Assembly: GCF_027921745.1 (NCBI RefSeq)
Contig: NC_079240.1
Span: 1,612,001-1,676,000 of the forward strand
Reading direction: 5' to 3'
DNA from: Schizosaccharomyces osmophilus
Taxonomy: Eukaryota
DNA length: 64,000 nt
In this document: positions 45,135-58,128 of the stretch, in pieces
How the letters are laid out: every line of letters begins with the position of its first letter
Position numbering within the stretch: the first letter of the stretch is position 1
Position numbers and translations under genes: made by a program
The notes under the pieces: model-generated
Seen by the model: only the letters and a program-made list of their open reading frames with translations
The model's database searches: none
Told to the model about the DNA's origin: nothing

Positions 45135-47874
45135 ATGAATAACACCGTGCCAGTAAATGAAGAAATATCGAGACCTTTGGAAGAATCATTGGTAATATGC
45201 AAGCAGTCAAGCCGACTGATGCAAAAGAATCTGCAGACTGGAAAGTTAATGGATGCCTTTCGAAACTGCAGTATGAGTCTGGTAGAAATGAGGAACAATG
45301 CTCTTTCTCCGAAACAATATTACGAACTGTATATGTTTACTACAGAAACCCTACGGCGGCTTGGTGAAGCGTTGCTGGAGACACACCTGAACGGTACGCA
45401 TCATTTGATGGATCTTTACGAACTTGTACAATATGCGGGAAGTGTTCTTCCTCGTCTGTATCTAATGATAACAGTAGGAAGCGCATATCTGGAGACTCCC
45501 AAAGCTCTCGTTAAAGAAATCATGAACGACTTAATCGACATGTGTGCCGGTGTGCAGCATCCTTTACGTGGATTATTTCTTAGACATTACTTATTGACAC
45601 AAACAAGAAAAGGACTCACACAGGATCCCGACCATGATGATGCTGACCCGAAGACGGAGACTCTTATGGACTCTGTGAAATTCTTGCTCTTAAATTTCAC
45701 GGAAATGAACAAATTGTGGGTTAGGATTCAACATTTAGGGCCTATGAAAGATTACATGAGGCGAACTCAAGAGCGGAATGAGCTTAAGGTTCTTGTCGGT
45801 CTTAATCTCGTCCGACTGTCGCAACTCAATTTCGATTTGGACACGTACAAAAATGAGATCCTTCCAGCTATTGTTGAACAGGTAATTGAGTGTAGAGATC
45901 CCTTAGCCCAAGAATACTTGTCCGAGGTTATTTGCCAAGTTTTTCCAGACGAAATGCACCTGGAAACCTTGGACATATACTTTAGCACTATCATGAAGTT
46001 AAATAGAAGCGTAAACATTACGCCTTTGGTTATTTCTATGCTGAATAGACTTACCGCTTATGTTCAGCGCGAATGCGAAGTTGAGTCTTCTGATAGAGAA
46101 GGTTCAGTAAACCAAACAATGCAAAACTTGTCCCTTGAGGATCAATCTTCTGATCCCGAAAACAAAATATGCCCGGGTGATAGGGTTATTTCCCCAAAGT
46201 TAGCTATCCAGGAAGTACTATGGACTTATATTGTGGATGTTCTCAACGCCCGTAATGGTATTGCTTTGGGCGATATTGTACAGATACTTTCAAGTATCCT
46301 AAATTTTTTCTTACAATGTTACCCTTACCAAACTCAATATGCCGATAGAGTATTTCAGGTTATAAACGAACGTATTCTACAACAGCCATCTTTGCAAACA
46401 GAACTGAAGGAGCGGTCACTTCAAAAGTCGCTATTTTCAATACTGGTGCTCCCAATTGTCTCATTCCCTTCATTTTCATACTGCTTGAATTTACCAAGCT
46501 TTCTCCCTGTCTTCAAAGCGCAGCCAATTAATATTCGATATGACATAGCGAAAATGATATTGGAGAAGGTTATTGAGAAAGAGCAGATGATCAGCGATTT
46601 GAAGGATGTTCAAGAGCTTTTTGGGGTTATTTCAGTGATAATAAAAAATAACGGCAATGATACTATAGAAGACTTGAAAACGATAGCTATATTGGTTCAT
46701 TACCTACATAATGAAGACCCTCAAATTCAAATTGAGGTATGGGTTTAAAAAACATTTATTATACTAACAATATAGATTCTGCGTTGTTTGAAGGATAACT
46801 TTGTACAAGCTGGTGAGAATGTAAAGTACTTACTCCCTGTGGTGGTAAACAAATGTATCTTTCTGGCCCGTGAATTTCGATTATTTAAGGTAAAACAAAG
46901 AAAGCAAAAGCTGATGGCTAATAAACAATAGTGTGTTGACTGGGCTGAAAAGGTTCGTATCTTATGGGATTTTGTTAATGCTTGTATTGTCATTCTTTAT
47001 AACCACGGCGATTCCGCCGAGCTATCCCTTGTTCTATACCTATTTGCCGCAGAAATGGCCGATATTGAAAGTTATCCAGACTTTGCTTATGAGTTCTTCA
47101 CCCAAGCTTTTACCATATATGAGGAGTCTGCTTTGGATTCGCGATTACAATACCAGCAGCTATTAATGATTACAGGAAAGCTTCAAAAGACCAGAAACTT
47201 TTCTGTTGATGACTATGATACATTGATTACAAAATGTACACTTTACGCATCGAAATTGCTTAAGAAACCAGATCAATGCAGGTATGTTTTTATATCCAAT
47301 GTCTGTTGATTAACATATACAGAGGAATCCTTCATGCAAGTCATTTATGGTGGCAGAACGAAACGACCGAAGAAACAGTGGTATGTATAGAACGACTTTA
47401 TTTAGTATATTTCTCTTTTGTCGATTCTATTTATTAACAAGTAAAAGATATTTAGGGATTCCAAACGTGTTTTAGAATGCCTTCAAAAGAGTCTGAAGAT
47501 TGCAGATTCCTGCATGGATCAGGTAAGGCTCGATGACAAATGAAACGTTTACTCTAACAAAGAATTAGATTACCAGCCTAAAATTGTTTATCAACATACT
47601 AGAACAGTATTTTTACTACTATGATCAGCGTTGCGATTCTATTCTAGCCAAGCATATTGGTGGTTTAATTGATTTGACCGAGCAAAATATGCGATCATTG
47701 CTTGCGTCTTCCCCTAATGATCTTATTTTAAATGATCCCAATGCTTATGCTAGTTCCATTTGGGAAACGGCGGGTGGTTCCTCAGTTGATAACCTGAGAA
47801 ATCATTTGGAGAAAACAACTGATCTAGCTGAAAAACGGTCAGAAGATGAACGATGGGCGAGCATTTTTCAATAG
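45135..47874 (+). CDS. vps35: Retromer subunit Vps35 (multi-exon)
   Basis: LSPKQYYELYM, DLYELVQYAGSVLPRLYLMITVG, GVQHPLRGLFLRHYL, NFTEMNKLWVR, SKLLKKPDQCR, RVLECLQKSLKIAD. Confidence 0.96.
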
Positions 47875-48288
47875 TTTGTATTTGAAAACAATTATCTTGA
47901 TCTGCCGTTTCAACAATGAAATCATGTTTCCTTTACAATTTGCCCCGTAAGCGAAAATTATGAAACAGCAAATATATTACTTAATTTTAAATGTAATTTA
48001 GGAAAAAGAAATTAAATAAACTAGCTTATTCTCTAAAGGAGCACAGAAGACGAAGTATGCTTTTACGTCTTTGCAGCTGTTGAACTACTTGGAGAGACAA
48101 TTTGTACCACACACTCATTTTGCCAAGAAACGGTTTTTTAAGAGCCTATTTATTAATTGCACTGAATTAAATTATATTTGGAAGGGAATTTATGCTCAGT
48201 TTTTGACTATATAACTAACACAACTAAAATATTAAATATATATTACGATCGTCAGGCCTGACGCATCTGCAAAGTTTGTACTAATTTA

Positions 48289-49764
48289 ATGATGAATGAT
48301 AGTCCATTGACTGAAGATGAAATCATAGAACAAAGACGAAAAAGACGATTGGAGATTTCGAAAAAACATCAAGCTGAAGGTTCCAAGCCTACACCGTCGC
48401 AAGCTTCGACAACGGATCATCTTGCTTCAAAAATAACAAAATCGATCTCTAAAACAGATGCGGCAAAGCTAGAAAATGAACAGCCTTCATTGGATAACCA
48501 GCACTCTAATGGGGAGAACGACTCGATTTTAGCAAAACCAGATTCAAACGAGCCATTTTCTGAAAAGGCCTCCATGGAAGACGATGAGGATGAGGAAGAC
48601 GACATGTTTGCAGACAGTCCACTTCCCACTCATAAGAAACGGAAAACGGACAAAAAACCGTCTACCGTTAAAAGGAGTCTTGCTGGAATGCAAGACACCT
48701 GGGATGACGTTGAAGGATATTACAAGGTAATACTTATGGAAGAACTTGATTCACGGTATCTCATCCAGTCCAATCTTGGCAAAGGTATGTTTTCTAGCGT
48801 GGTCAATGTAATGGACCAAATGACAAAAGCGTCGTTTGCAATCAAAATTATTAGAAACAACGAAGTAATGTACAAGGCTGGCATGAAAGAGGTGTCTATT
48901 TTGGAACGTCTTCAGGCTGCAGATCCTGAAGGGAGGAGGCACATAGTTCGGTACGATCGGTATTTTATGCACAAAAATCATTTATGTATGGTATTTGAAA
49001 TGCTTAGTTTAAATCTTCGTGATATTTTGAAAAAATTTGGGAGAAATGTCGGATTAAACATTAAGGCGATTCAAGTGTATGCTTATCAAATGTTCACAGC
49101 CCTTCATCTCTTGGAGGAATGTAACGTTATCCATGCTGACATCAAGCCGGATAATATGCTTGTGAATGAAAAGAGAAACATTTTGAAAATATGCGATCTT
49201 GGATCTGCTTCTGATGCTGCTGAAAACGAGATAACACCATACCTTGTGAGTCGCTTCTACCGAGCGCCAGAAATCAGTAAGTCACTTACTTTGTTTTAAG
49301 CTAATATCTTAGTTCTGGGATACCCTTATTCATGCCCAATTGATACATGGAGTGTTGGATGCTCTTTATTTGAGTTGTATGCTGGACAAATTCTATTTCC
49401 TGGACGAAGCAATAATCAAATGCTTAGGCTTATGATGGAATGCAAGGGAAAGTTTAGCCATAAGATGCTCAAACGTAGTCAATTTACTTTTGATAATTTC
49501 GACGAAAATTATAATTTCATTAATAAGGAACTTGATCCTATAAGTGGGCAAGAAACTCAGAGAATCTTAAATTTTAGTAAACCTGTTCGAGACATAAAGT
49601 TTCGATTAATGGATGTGCTTGCTTCCACAAATGAGGAAGTTGTGATTCAGCAAGACTTTATACTTTTGTTAGAACAATGCTTGGAACTCAATCCAGAAAA
49701 GAGAATTACGCCCAAAGAAGCATTAAAGCATCCTTTTTTTAAAAACAGTCGCCCTTTTCGGTAG
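48289..49764 (+). CDS. prp4: Pre-mRNA splicing kinase Prp4 (intron about 49277-49311)
   Basis: WDDVEGYYK, GKGMFSSV, HADIKPDN, CDLGSAS, ITPYLVSRFYRAPEI. Confidence 0.96.
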
Positions 49765-50069
49765 GCTTACATCTTAAATGAATCTGATTTTTTGGTTCTA
49801 TGAATGAATTAAAATAATGGTTTTCTGAAAATTCAACTGGTTTTGTAGTTGTGAATTCTCAAGTAATTTCTTACCTTGGCAATAAACGTAGTTTACCTCC
49901 CAAGATAGATATAAATATTCTTGAAAAAAAAAGATAGCGTTTATTTGGAAGTTAATTTACTGGTTACATTTTTGTACTCAAAACCTGTGGTTCTGTATGA
50001 GTTCTCTAACAAGACCTGTGTTATGTAGTAAGAACTACCAACTTCTAATCATAGCTACATAGGATAGGA

Positions 50070-51062
50070 ATGGCAGAATTGACGAGTCGTGACCCTAATA
50101 AACACCCGGTGAAAATTTTTGAAGCCAAAAAAGGCAAAAGACCTGTCTATATAGCAGCCCCTATGGTCAGGTACTCTAAATTACCATTTCGACAGCTGGT
50201 ACGAGATTATCAAACAGACATCGTATATACTCCTATGATTTTAGCGAATGAATTTTTGCATCCAAAAGGAAGATATTTTGATTTCTCCACAAACGAAAGA
50301 GACACGAGTTTAATCCTCCAATTCGGTGTTGAGGATCCTGTCATTTTGTCGAAAGCTGCCGAACTTGCAGGCCCGTATGTGGATGGAATTGGAATTAACT
50401 GTGGCTGTCCCCAAAGTTGGGCTATTCATGAAGGAATTGGATCTGCGCTTTTGAAGGAACCTGAAAGAGTGCATCAATTGATCAGAGCGGTCAAAAACAC
50501 ATTAGGTGAAGATTTCTGTGTTGAGGCAAAGATACGCGTTTCAAAAGATTTAGATGAAACACGTCATTTAATGCAAACAATTCAACGTGCTGGGGCCGAC
50601 TTTCTGACTGTACACGGTCGAACCAAACAGGATCGTTCTTCATTTCCTGTTAACTTAGATGCTATTCGAGAAGTCCGTTCTTGTGTAAATATTCCTGTAG
50701 TCGCCAATGGCGACGTTAATTCCCTTCGTGAAGGTTACGAGATTGCCAAGTTCACTAATACAGACGGTATAATGTCTGCTAGAGGATTATTAGAAAATCC
50801 AGCTCTCTTTGCTGGGTTTGAAGAAACACCATGGGGATGTGTAGAACGGTTTATTTCCTATTCCACTGCTTATTCTCTGAACTTTCAGTTGTTTTACCAT
50901 CATCTAATTACCATGATGGGTAAAATGACAACGAAACGGGAACGCATGACTATCCCTAAAGACAGCTTTGCTGCTGTTATGGACTGGCTCGATGCAACAT
51001 TTATCGTACGTCGTCCAGGAGAACCATTATTTGGCGAAACAGTGCTTCCTGTGAGACGATAG
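50070..51062 (+). CDS. dus4: tRNA dihydrouridine synthase Dus4
   Basis: APMVRYSKLPFR, GINCGCPQSWA, TVHGRT, VANGDV, MSARGLLENPALF. Confidence 0.9.
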   Translation: MAELTSRDPNKHPVKIFEAKKGKRPVYIAAPMVRYSKLPFRQLVRDYQTDIVYTPMILANEFLHPKGRYFDFSTNERDTSLILQFGVEDPVILSKAAELAGPYVDGIGINCGCPQSWAIHEGIGSALLKEPERVHQLIRAVKNTLGEDFCVEAKIRVSKDLDETRHLMQTIQRAGADFLTVHGRTKQDRSSFPVNLDAIREVRSCVNIPVVANGDVNSLREGYEIAKFTNTDGIMSARGLLENPALFAGFEETPWGCVERFISYSTAYSLNFQLFYHHLITMMGKMTTKRERMTIPKDSFAAVMDWLDATFIVRRPGEPLFGETVLPVRR

Positions 51063-51897
51063 GTTTGGGTTGTCAAAGGTTATGGACTCTATGTAGCTAG
51101 TGTTAGGTTTTAATGAGTATGAAGTTAATGTATTTTAAGGTTGCGTTTACTTTTCCTTTCTTGGTTCCTGTGCTTTGTAATATCAAGTTTGTTAATTTGA
51201 AGCAAACGGGCCTACATAATCTTAAATTTTTTCGGTGTAGTTAGTCATTTCCTTTATACCGGGTTTCCTTTTGCTGAACGAGCAGAATAACTTCACTACA
51301 AAATGCAATGCATTGTGCATTTTTGGCTGTATTTGAAAAGTATAATTATAAAAAACAAGTATATATGGAAGCTTTCGATTAAATCATAAGTTTTATGTGA
51401 TTAGAAGTATCTCACAAATTAGCCTTCATTCATTCGTGAATAATATAAAGACAAAACTAAATCAATCTTAAGAAACCTCAGATAATTTTAATGGGAGAGG
51501 ATTTCGAGTAAGCTATTTTACTCAACATTGTTCAATTCACATCATTTGAACCGAAACTAGCGTTATCACATAAATATCCTTCCAAAGAAAACAAGCGTCA
51601 AAAATGTACATAACAAGATCATACGGACAGAGCAAACATTAGTACATTCTCAATCTAATAAAGCTTGACTATAACAATAAGTAGTTCAAAGAATAAAATT
51701 ACCCCGAATATTAAAAAGTCGAATTGAGTACTAACGCAAGTTTCCTTAATAGCTAACTTTCAAAAAGAACCAATGCTGATGTCAAACATCTCTCTGGACA
51801 AAATCTTGTAAATATGCAGAAAACTATCAACGGATAGTATACAAAGAGAACAATACTATTTACGGTTCTAAATCAAATGTTAGTTGACCATTTTTTT

Positions 51898-54393
51898 CTA
51901 GTCATTGCTTTCACTTACCAATACAAGTCCATTAGAATATTCGTCTTCAGCTAATTCACGTTCGCCGTCCGAACTATCGTTTTCATCGTCCTCTTCGCTA
52001 TCAGACTCGTCCCGGTCTGAACTACTAATGAAGAAATTAGAGCGAGGATATTTTTTGTCTTTGCCACGGGATACCCATTCGACTACTTCATCGTCTTCCT
52101 CGTCGTCTTCGTCTGAACTGCTACTGAACTCATCAGGGGGATTATCAGAAATATGTTGAGACATATATTGAGCAAAATGGTCGCGATTGTCTTGTGCACC
52201 ATTAGCTGAATCGAAGCTAAGTCGACGAGACATTTCACGTGATAAAGGATCTTCTTCATTGTTATCAGCATCTTCTTCATTTGATGAGGAATTATTAGAC
52301 AGTTCTCGATGGACTTCAACCACATCATCATCACTGCTGTTGCTATACTCTTGCTCTAATGCAAATTGCATTTCGGGCAAATTATTGGCATCTAACATCT
52401 CACCATCATCCATATCTTCCAAATAACCAACCATTGAAGGTTCGAGTCCACCCAGAAGCTGATTATCACGAGCACGAGTATCTGCCAAAGTATTATTAAC
52501 AAAGAGTTGCCATTTTTCATCATCAATTAATTCTTTAACTTCAGGGCTAAACAAATGAGAGTAATGTTCAATAAATTTCACAACTTCATCGGCAATTATA
52601 GTAAGATGTCCCATATAACCAGGTCTAAATCCATTAGGCTCAGATGTGGCCTTATCGCTCATCTCTTGACCACGAACAATTTTCTCTGTAATCTTTCCAC
52701 GCAAAAACATATCAAATGCTAATGCGCAGTTTTGTTCCTTCTCCATAGGGCCGTTCAAGACTTGTTGGACAACGTCATATACAACATTGTGAAGAAAATT
52801 GTTCCAGGGATATTCAAAGAAATGGTCGAGTACTGTCGGAATTATATAGTTCTCAGTAAATTTGATTTTGAGAAAATCACCAATTACAGGCTCTTTTTTC
52901 AATTTATCAAGAACGCTTTCAGGTATTGGTTCATACGAGTCGTTTGATGTAGTTTCCTCTAAGTCTGGTTGAATATATTTTGAGGTTTCGCTGACGTCTT
53001 TGTACTCTTCGTTTGCAACGGGCTCAGCATCTTCCATCGGTGAATCACCGCCAACCTCAGGAGACACGTCTTTATAGTCCTTTGAAATTTGAGGAACTTG
53101 TCCATGCATAGGATCACTGGCTTGCTTATCCGTGAAACTAGAATCAGCATCTTCGTCATCGGATACACTGAGCTCTCGAGCGCAGTTGTTATGGCGGAAG
53201 AGATAGTCCCGTAAATTATCTCTTTGCATAACAAGAGCCTCTGCATTAGCATCGCTCAAAAGTGACATATTACTACAATGCAAAAGCTCAGCATATAATT
53301 CGCAAATACGAAACCGCTCGAATCCTAAAGGTTTGATGGTGCCAAAGCTGGTAGCAGCTTGCTCAGGAGTAGAAGATGGCTTCATTAAGATTTGTTGAAA
53401 AATTGGAATTTTTTCAGCAAATAAACGAAGCATGGTTCCCAAGTAGATAGGGTCACGTGTAGTAGGGGGATGAGTATCGAGAGGCATCTGTAAAACAGGA
53501 GTCACATCGTAGTCGCTATTGTTTTTACGGATGAGTTCAATGACGATGCTAACGCCATTGATCAAAGAAGTAGATGAGTAAGGAGCTTTGGAATCAATCA
53601 TATAATCAGTAAGAGTAGTAATGGTACGGCGTGATACCAACTCACGGGATAAAGAATTAGGGCCGATAACGCCTGGCTCATTAGAATTGGCAGAAATAGC
53701 AATGATAGCTTTTATGACATCTGCCACAGTGGATTGTACATCAGGATCAACATAAGGATCGAGTAAACGAAGCAAAGACTGAACTAATCCCTGAGAATAC
53801 AACCAGTCAGCAATTCCAACGGTTGTATTGCAGCGATCCATGGAAATAAATTTAAGCAAAAGATCCATAATAGCGCTGGTCTCAGCATGACGAAGAATCT
53901 TGTCGACAAAGTTTTCGATGGACTGTATGAAAGCCACAGTCTCTTCGGTTTTTTTGTCTAGAAAATGTTCATTCACTTTGGCAAAATAGGAAGCCTGTAA
54001 AGGATTTAAAGGGCCTTCATTGTCGAGAAAAGACCATAACTTTTTCATAAGCCCCTTATTTTCGACACAAGCATCGCATATAGACCAAACATCACTACTG
54101 AGAATTTCACTTGCGATAAAAGATAGTCTGCTTTGTTCCAATTCTTCAAATCCACCCTCAATAGGAGTAAAATCTTCTTCGTTAACCTCGAGAATAAAAT
54201 CGATGAGTTGGCTCAAAATCTCTGGTTTACAAAGATAATCTAAAAGCTTTGGATTGTGACTCTTGCATTCATCTAAAACTCCGTTTTCCTCTAATAATTC
54301 TGGCAAATCAATCTCTTCTTCTGGTTTGTTCAATATAGCCTCAATGGCTGTTGAACTTTGAAATCCAAACCCTTGGCCTAGTCTCCAAAACAT
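51898..54393 (-). CDS. ekc1: SAPS-domain PP6/Sit4 phosphatase regulatory subunit Ekc1
   Basis: MFWRLGQGFGF start, SAPS motifs (IELIRKNNSDYD, PLGFERFRICELYAELLHCSNM, YPWNNFLHNVVYD, GYMGHLT), acidic tail. Confidence 0.92.
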   Translation of the reverse strand: MFWRLGQGFGFQSSTAIEAILNKPEEEIDLPELLEENGVLDECKSHNPKLLDYLCKPEILSQLIDFILEVNEEDFTPIEGGFEELEQSRLSFIASEILSSDVWSICDACVENKGLMKKLWSFLDNEGPLNPLQASYFAKVNEHFLDKKTEETVAFIQSIENFVDKILRHAETSAIMDLLLKFISMDRCNTTVGIADWLYSQGLVQSLLRLLDPYVDPDVQSTVADVIKAIIAISANSNEPGVIGPNSLSRELVSRRTITTLTDYMIDSKAPYSSTSLINGVSIVIELIRKNNSDYDVTPVLQMPLDTHPPTTRDPIYLGTMLRLFAEKIPIFQQILMKPSSTPEQAATSFGTIKPLGFERFRICELYAELLHCSNMSLLSDANAEALVMQRDNLRDYLFRHNNCARELSVSDDEDADSSFTDKQASDPMHGQVPQISKDYKDVSPEVGGDSPMEDAEPVANEEYKDVSETSKYIQPDLEETTSNDSYEPIPESVLDKLKKEPVIGDFLKIKFTENYIIPTVLDHFFEYPWNNFLHNVVYDVVQQVLNGPMEKEQNCALAFDMFLRGKITEKIVRGQEMSDKATSEPNGFRPGYMGHLTIIADEVVKFIEHYSHLFSPEVKELIDDEKWQLFVNNTLADTRARDNQLLGGLEPSMVGYLEDMDDGEMLDANNLPEMQFALEQEYSNSSDDDVVEVHRELSNNSSSNEEDADNNEEDPLSREMSRRLSFDSANGAQDNRDHFAQYMSQHISDNPPDEFSSSSDEDDEEDDEVVEWVSRGKDKKYPRSNFFISSSDRDESDSEEDDENDSSDGERELAEDEYSNGLVLVSESND

Positions 54394-54973
54394 ATTTTTG
54401 TTCTTGTTTACTTGAGATCGAACCAACTGCTAATCCTTTCTTCTTTCGCGATAGACCCAAGTTAACGGGCTTTATGTAATCAGATTCCGCGAGCCTTAAA
54501 CTTCTTGCACTAAAACGACTTATCCAAGTTGAATTTTCAACCTATACTGGCTTTCAATACCTGCACAGTCGTTACTTTTGGGTTTCGAAACCTCAATTTT
54601 AAAGAGTTTATTCCTTTTGCTCTTGAAACAAGCAGTTGTGTTTGTATGTTGTTGGGCTGAGGACAAACCTATATGAATGGTCAACTCTACGTATTGAATT
54701 TCCCCAAAGACTAGGCAGTATCGAGCTAGTGCGCATCAGTAAATGTGCAAATAGCCCGCCGTGTAGCAACTTTGTGTAGTACGGTATGTGTTTTGTGGAT
54801 ATGGTTGGAGTGCGTTATATTGTAAACAAATAACGAAAAATGAAACGAATGAAATCGACTTTGGATTGACTTTCAATACGGATTGTATATGAATTGGAAT
54901 GGTGTTTTACAATAGAGAAAACGAGTATAATACCCTTTCTGTTTAGCTGCTTTACTTGCAAATCCAGTAAGAA

Positions 54974-55010
54974 ATTTTCGTTTTCGTTTTCGATTTTGAT
55001 TTTGATTTTG
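54974..55010. repeat. Short tandem repeat (TTTTCG)3(ATTTTG)3
   Basis: Read directly in the ekc1-coq3 spacer. Confidence 0.7.
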
Positions 55011-55333
55011 GAAGAAAACAGCTGGTGGAAAGTACACGTATCGATCAACTGAGAATTGCTCTTAACAAATCCTAGAAATTCTATGAACGCACCGCTTGCT
55101 ATTCTTTAAAGAAAAAATTCCCCAATTAATTCCTTACGAAACGACAGACAAATAGGTTCAAGATGCGGTATGTCACGTTTTACAACGCAATATGGTTTAT
55201 GAGTTTCTAATGCATTTCAGTAAAGTGGATACGCGATTCACTAGCTTCCACTATTCGAATTGTATTAAGAAAGATGATACTTCAAAGTGAAACAATTACT
55301 AGAAGCATTGCTAAAAGGAAATGAAATAAGTTA

Positions 55334-56146
55334 ATGATGATGATGAAACATAGTCTTTTAAGGACAGGAAGCAGAAGCTTAGGAGGTGGTCTTTGGCGAT
55401 CATTGTCGCAACAGAGGAACCATACAGTGTCAAATCAAGAAATCCAACATTTCGACGCATTGGCGAAGACTTGGTGGGATTGGGATGGTGAGAGTCGACT
55501 TTTGCATTTAATGAATCCTACCCGAATCGACTTTATGTCTCAAATCGTACGTCAGAAAACCCCATTTGCTGGTAAACAAATTCTTGATGTTGGATGTGGA
55601 GGAGGGATTCTTAGCGAAAGTATGGCTCGTTTGGGTGCCAATGTTACAGGTATAGATGCTTCGAAAAAAGCTTTGGAAGTAGCAAGAGATCACTCTGAAA
55701 AGGATCCAAGCCTTTGCGGTCGTCTTGAGTACATCCATGGACCTATTGAACAGCAAAATTTTAAGAAACAGTTTGATATTGTCACTTGCATGGAAGTTGT
55801 AGAACACGTTACGGATCCTCGGGGTTTTTTAGAATCGTTAATGGATCTGGTCAAGCCCAATGGCTATTTAATGCTATCCACGATTTCGCGGACCCTCATG
55901 GCTCGTTTTCTAACAATCTTTTTAGCTGAGAGGGTACTTGGAATCGTTCCCAATGGAACCCATAATTATGAAAAGTATATTCGCCCAGAAGAGCTCACCG
56001 AATTCTTCCGTGAACATCAATGGAAAATAAACGATGTTCGAGGGGTCATGTACCATCCTCTTGAATCTAAATGGGTCCTTGCAAAGCCAGGTGATCAATG
56101 TTTGCCTCCTTTATGCAATTACATTGCGTCTGCGCAGAAACCATAA
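55334..56146 (+). CDS. coq3: Ubiquinone biosynthesis O-methyltransferase Coq3
   Basis: WWDWDGESRLLHLMNPTR, ILDVGCGGGILSESMARLGA, EVVEHV, GTHNYEKYI. Confidence 0.96.
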   Translation: MMMMKHSLLRTGSRSLGGGLWRSLSQQRNHTVSNQEIQHFDALAKTWWDWDGESRLLHLMNPTRIDFMSQIVRQKTPFAGKQILDVGCGGGILSESMARLGANVTGIDASKKALEVARDHSEKDPSLCGRLEYIHGPIEQQNFKKQFDIVTCMEVVEHVTDPRGFLESLMDLVKPNGYLMLSTISRTLMARFLTIFLAERVLGIVPNGTHNYEKYIRPEELTEFFREHQWKINDVRGVMYHPLESKWVLAKPGDQCLPPLCNYIASAQKP

Positions 56147-56286
56147 CTACTTTTCTATATATCTTTGGCAATGACACTTTAGTTTGCCTCTTTATTATAA
56201 ACTATTATATTTTTTTGTCGTAAGAATGAAGGATTAAATTGAATTAAAATGAAGGCGTAGAATATCATAAACTTTTCCACTGCTTT

Positions 56287-57013
56287 TCACTGAGCAGTAT
56301 TTGCAGCTTCCAGTTGTTCTTCGTCAACGAAATTCGGAAGCTCGTTTGACGGCTGCAAATAGCTAGGCTGCTCTTGGGCTAATTGGTCTCCTCCAAATGA
56401 GGCTTCTTGTTGTAGAGCTTCTAACTCGGCATCCAGTTCTTCTTCATTAACATCCACGTTTGCCGTATTTTGCCCAAGAATGTCATTAAATTCTCCTGCC
56501 GTGTCCATGTAATCTTGAATTTGATCCTGTAATCTTTCAATTTTTTCTATAGAAAGGCTCTTGCTTTGCGATTTCATCTGTCGTGCAGTATCCTGCATCG
56601 TCTGGACAGTGGTCATGGTATTCTTCATGGACTCCGTAGTCATGGCTGCTTGTTCCATATTGAAAGATTGTTGTTGCAATTGCTGCAATTGAGCCTCATA
56701 CCTTGTAAAGTGTTAGTGAATGCCTTTTCTTTACTAATCATTGTTACATTTTCTTTTGTCGTAAGATGTTCATAGCCCGTTGCTTTAGAGTAGTCTGACC
56801 TGGACCAGGCCGTGTGTTTGATATTTTCTGTTGGAATACAGATAGTTGAGAGTCTAACTTTGAAATCTTCACTTCAAGTGAATCACTTCGTTTATCCAAC
56901 TACAAGCATTGTAAGTATTTCTTTTCTTTCTTCCAGCCTCGTACCGAATCAATCGCATCTGTTAATGAAGGGGCTGTCCCCGCGGTCTGCTTTTTTCCAA
57001 ACAATCTGTGCAT
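56287..57013 (-). CDS. vps60: ESCRT-III associated Vps60 (CHMP5), 3 exons
   Basis: MHRLFGKK...SLTDAIDS|LDKRSDSLEVKISKLD...LKQRAMNILRQKKM|YEAQLQQLQQQSFNMEQ; Snf7-family C-terminus. Confidence 0.93.
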
Positions 57014-58128
57014 CTCAAACAAAGTCTATCCTTTAGGATGTGTTAGCAAAGGTCATATATAAAACTGGGATCTCAAGCAGGCTTCCTCCTTGGCAAAAGC
57101 TTTTGGAGCATTCATTGTCCATTCTGCAAAATCTGCAAGTGATTAACAGAACTTAAAGTCCAATGGAAAAGTCGCTTTCTAGCAAGCTAAAGCCGATAGT
57201 ACCAAACACGCATTGTCCGTTTGCTAGAATAGGTAAACCAAAGAGCATCTTTCCTTTATAGCTTTCTTTCATAAGGTCTTCTTCTTCACTTACCGAAAAA
57301 AAGATTCAACAATTCAAAAATACAATTACAATTACAAATCCCAATTCTATTTCTTTGGATTGCAAAATGGGTTTCCTTCTTGCTTAATGAGGTGTCTTGC
57401 GGTGTGTACCATTGCGGTTTGGCTCACACTATTGTAAACAAAAGATGTTTTGTTCAGATAGATTGCTTAGTTTAAACTGTACAAAATGCTTTCATAGATT
57501 TGATCGCTACCGCAACCGGTTTTAAGTTTTGATTTTGCATCTATTCACCAAGATTGATTTCGGAACAAAGCAAGGAAACGTTGCTCACTTACTCTTTTAA
57601 GTCGCACCTTTCAACATGGATGGCCTGCATAGCCATTGTCCTCTAAATTACCCATGAGTACATGAGGCAATCAGTTTGAAAAGGATGTCCATCTGAAGTG
57701 AAGTGCATTACATTATTCTCACTTTTGATTTTCGATAATCGAATTCGCCTTTTTCTTGTTTACTTTATACTACATAAACTACTGCCTCGTAATCTACATT
57801 CAGTGCAAATATACCGACTTGGTAAATTTAGTACTAAGAGATGCAAGGTTGCAGCGTAAAAAGCTTTAGCATCGCTTGCTAAAAAGCGTTATGACCGCGG
57901 TATGACCGTGCCATTTACGAAATTACCGAACTTATTCGGGCAATGTGGTAAACGTTCATGATACAGCACAAATCTTTTACCATCACCTATATTTGTAAAG
58001 GAAGCTGAATTTAGGAGGTACGAGCTACTTGCTCTCTAATAAATAAACGAAGAATTGAACAATTTTCACTTTGAGAGACGACTGTTCGGGTTTGATACGT
58101 GATTTACCTCTTTTGAATCACATTGAGC

